Assembly: GCA_965213625.1 (NCBI GenBank)
Contig: CBDBZU010000004.1
Coordinates: 160,001-224,000, forward strand
DNA: 64,000 nucleotides
Origin: a bacterium
GTDB lineage: Bacteria; UBA8248
Direction of reading: 5' to 3'
Position numbers and translations under genes: made by a program. Under the pieces are notes generated by a model that saw only the letters and a program-made list of their open reading frames with translations, made no database searches and was not told the origin of the DNA. Within the stretch, counting starts at the first letter, position 1. The number at the start of each line of letters is the position of its first letter. This document shows, one piece after another, positions 60,908-64,000 of the stretch.

Positions 60908-63900
60908 ATGGAGATTTCGGCGATATTTCATGCGGGTAACGAGGCGGCGCGGGCGGACGGGCCCGGACCCGATGAGGCGATAGCGGCGGCTTCGAAGCGG
61001 ACTCCGCGCGGCCTGCACAGGCCCTGGGGCGCGATAGGCGTCGCCCTCCGCCTTCTGCTGGCGTGCCTGCTGCTCGCGGCCGTGGCCCTCGCGCCCTCTA
61101 CCGCCGCAGCTCAGTCCGAAGGCGACCTGCGCCTCATCGGCGGAATCGATACGGATTCGCCCAGAACGGGGCGGCTGGAAATCTACCACACGCAGTCCGG
61201 TGAAACCGGTCGGTGGGGACCCATCTGCGACGATGCCTTCCGTATCCACGAGGCCAGAGTGGCCTGCAAGCAACTGGGCTACGGGGACGCAAAGCGCGCC
61301 ATCATTCGCTACAGCAAGACCCACTCGATGACCACGGCGGATTTCTGGCTCGACGACCTCGATTGCAACGGTACGGAATCGAAGCTGACCGATTGCAAGA
61401 GGTGGCAACAGAATGGAAGGGGACATGTAACGGGGCTGCAGTGGGGGCAGCACAACTGCGTTCCCGAAGAGCAGGTGGGCGTGGAATGCACGGCCGACAC
61501 GACCTCGAACTCCATTCAGATCGACAAGCGCAAGCTCGTGGTGGCCGAAGGACTCAGCGCACCCTTCACGGTCAGGCTGGGCAAGGTGCCGACTGCTGAC
61601 GTCACGGTCACCATGACCGTGAACAGCGGTCCCGACCTGACCCTAAAGGACGGCGACGATACGATATCGACGCTTACCTTCACGACAGGAAACTGGAACG
61701 TGCCGCAGACGGTGACTGTGGCGGCTGCGAGCGACACCGACACCGCCGATGAGGCGGGCATCACGATCGGCTTCAGCTCCACGGGAGGCGGTTACCAGGG
61801 AGCGAGTTCGCCAACCCTCAAGGTCGAAATAAGGGACGATGACACCAAAGGGATTACGATCACGCCGACTCGCCTGAACTCCTATGAAACCGATTCTGCC
61901 AACCAGATCAAAACCGGCGTCGTGCGCAGCTACACGGTGGAGATGACCGGCGCGCCCTCGGAGGACGTTACGATCAACCTCGCGGTAGCCGCCAATACGC
62001 CCGGCGGGGTCGGTGCGACCGATATCACCCTGGAGCCCTCGACCCTCACCTTCACTACGTCGAACTGGAGCGGGCCGCGTACCGTTACGCCGAAGGTGAC
62101 CAAGGATGCGGACGCAATTTCCGAGACGGTCACGATCTCGCATACCATCGTCACCGAAGACAGCGACTACAGCGCGATGAACCTCCCGGACGTTACGATG
62201 GAGGTGAAAGACGTGGGCGGGTACGGCCCCGGGCTTTCGGTGGATGACGTCACGGTGACCGAGGGCACGAATGTAACGCTCGACTTCAAGGTGACGCTGT
62301 TTCCGTCGTCCACGGGCACAGTAAGGGTGAGATACAAGACCGTGGAAGGCACGGCGACGGCGGGCGAGGACTATACCTTCACGAGCGGACTGCTCATCTT
62401 CGCCCCCGGCGAGACGGAGAAGACGGTCTCGGTGCCGGTCATCGACGATAGTGTGGAGGACAGCGGAAATACGCTGTGGTTCATGCTGACTGTCGCCACG
62501 GGCGCGACCATTGACGATCAATGGGGACTGGGCACGATCCTCAACTCCGAGACGAGCGGCGACAACACGGCGCCGACGGGATCGCCGACGATTTCCGGGA
62601 CCGCGCGGGTCGGGGAGACGCTGACGGCGTCGTCTACAGAGATTGCGGACACGGACGGGCTGACCAACGCGAACTTCGCCTGGCAGTGGATGGCGAGCGA
62701 CGAGACGGACAGGTCGGACATCGCGGGTGCGACGTCGGAGACCTACACCCTGACCTCTGCCGAACAAGGCAAGACGATCCAGGTGCGGGCGACCTTCACC
62801 GACGACGGGGGCACGGAAGAGACGCTGGTGAGCGCCGCGACGGAGGCGGTGACCGCGGCCGTTCAGCAGCAGGTTGCGAGCGATACCGACCCGCCGACCG
62901 TGTCGGTGACGAGCGACGCGACGGGAACGGTGACGGGCGACTTCGACGTCACGGTGACGTTCAGCGAGGCGGTGACGGGCTTCGAGATGTCCGAGCTGTC
63001 AATCACCAACGGTTCGGCCACGAGGATGCTGAGCAACGAAGCGGGCGACGCGTACACGGTGACCATCACGCCCGATCCCGGCGCTTCGGGAACGCTTTCG
63101 GTGGAGGTCCCGGCGGGGGTGGCGAGTGATGCGGCGGAGAACGCGAACACCGCCTCGGGCGCATTCGGCATCGCGGTGAGGACCGCGCTGAGCGCGTCGT
63201 TCTCGGAATTGCCGTCGTCGCATGACGGTTCGACGGTGTTTACGTTCACGCTGACGTTCAGTGAGGATGTAAGCGGCCTGAGCTTCCGGACGCTCAAGTT
63301 CGGTGGCATCGGGGTGACCGGCGGGACGGTGAGGCGCGCGCTTCGCCGCCCGCCAGGGCGGAACCAGTACTGGACCATCCACGTCGAGCCGGACACGGAC
63401 GGGGACTTGACGATCACGCTGCCCGAGGCGAGCGACTGCGCGGCGACGGGGGCGGTGTGCACGAGCGAAGGACACAAGCTCACCGGCGCGGTGTCGGCGA
63501 CCATACCGGGTCCGGCGTCGGAGCCGCGTGTGTCGATCGCGGCGGGGACGTCGCCGGTGACAGAGGGCGCGGCGGCGTCGTTCACACTCAGCCGCAGGGG
63601 CGGCCCGACGACGGCGCTCTCGGTGGACCTGAGCGTGAGCGAGGACGGTTCGATGGTGGACGGTACGGCGCCGTCGACGGCGACGTTCGCCGCGGGGTCG
63701 ACGACGGCGACGCTCACGGTGGCGACGGCGGACGACGAGGTGGAGGAGTCGGCGAGCGTCATCACGGCGACGGTTTCGTCCGGAACCGGCTACGCGCTCG
63801 ATACGGGTGCGGAGAGTGCGTCGGTGACGGTCGAGGACGACGATGGTGCGTCGGCCAACGCGGCGCCGACGGGTCTGCCGACGATTACGGGCGCGGCGAA

Positions 63901-64000
63901 GGTCGGCCAGACGCTGACGGCGTCGGAGACAGGGATAGCGGACGATGACGGGCTGACGAACGCGAGTTTCACATGGCAGTGGATCGCGAACGACGGGACG
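60908..64000 (+). CDS. Large surface protein with N-terminal SRCR domain, Calx-beta and Ig-like repeats (partial, runs off the right edge)
   Basis: Not in ORF track. Signal-like LLLACLLLAAVALAPSTAAAQ; LRLIGG..GRLEIYH..WGPICDD..VACKQLGY..WLDDLDCNGTESKLTDC..WGQHNC..VGVEC. Confidence 0.88.
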   Translation, partial: MEISAIFHAGNEAARADGPGPDEAIAAASKRTPRGLHRPWGAIGVALRLLLACLLLAAVALAPSTAAAQSEGDLRLIGGIDTDSPRTGRLEIYHTQSGETGRWGPICDDAFRIHEARVACKQLGYGDAKRAIIRYSKTHSMTTADFWLDDLDCNGTESKLTDCKRWQQNGRGHVTGLQWGQHNCVPEEQVGVECTADTTSNSIQIDKRKLVVAEGLSAPFTVRLGKVPTADVTVTMTVNSGPDLTLKDGDDTISTLTFTTGNWNVPQTVTVAAASDTDTADEAGITIGFSSTGGGYQGASSPTLKVEIRDDDTKGITITPTRLNSYETDSANQIKTGVVRSYTVEMTGAPSEDVTINLAVAANTPGGVGATDITLEPSTLTFTTSNWSGPRTVTPKVTKDADAISETVTISHTIVTEDSDYSAMNLPDVTMEVKDVGGYGPGLSVDDVTVTEGTNVTLDFKVTLFPSSTGTVRVRYKTVEGTATAGEDYTFTSGLLIFAPGETEKTVSVPVIDDSVEDSGNTLWFMLTVATGATIDDQWGLGTILNSETSGDNTAPTGSPTISGTARVGETLTASSTEIADTDGLTNANFAWQWMASDETDRSDIAGATSETYTLTSAEQGKTIQVRATFTDDGGTEETLVSAATEAVTAAVQQQVASDTDPPTVSVTSDATGTVTGDFDVTVTFSEAVTGFEMSELSITNGSATRMLSNEAGDAYTVTITPDPGASGTLSVEVPAGVASDAAENANTASGAFGIAVRTALSASFSELPSSHDGSTVFTFTLTFSEDVSGLSFRTLKFGGIGVTGGTVRRALRRPPGRNQYWTIHVEPDTDGDLTITLPEASDCAATGAVCTSEGHKLTGAVSATIPGPASEPRVSIAAGTSPVTEGAAASFTLSRRGGPTTALSVDLSVSEDGSMVDGTAPSTATFAAGSTTATLTVATADDEVEESASVITATVSSGTGYALDTGAESASVTVEDDDGASANAAPTGLPTITGAAKVGQTLTASETGIADDDGLTNASFTWQWIANDGT

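Overview
High-GC bacterial chromosomal window. The left half (1-30 kb) is mostly housekeeping and metabolic genes: MFS, DJ-1/PfpI, alanine/glycine symporter, ppk2, amidase, arfB, CoA-transferase, selA/selB, ChdC/HemQ and SCO. It is interrupted by two defence-like islets (DUF262+HEPN at the left edge; DUF429 and PHP-ATPase+Schlafen/AlbA_2 next to arfB) and many REP/MITE-like palindromes. The right half (30.4-64 kb) is an eroded mobile island. It holds two tandem tyrosine integrases, an LRR/Calx-beta autotransporter with a (GCTCG)22 tract in its 5' coding region, and an ICE-type leading region (ssb, DUF4326, DUF2493, Frpo-like hairpin). It also carries a type I R-M locus with a single in-frame TGA in hsdM, followed by DUF3800 and a small nuclease-like gene with a structured 3' RNA, then mrr, IS and group II intron remnants, a tandem portal(DUF1073)-ADP-ribosyltransferase-small ORF array, and an SRCR-domain surface protein running off the right edge. 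Eukaryote-like LRR and SRCR domains suggest a host-associated (e.g. sponge) symbiont (inference only). Family calls are from motif recognition by eye; no database searches were run.
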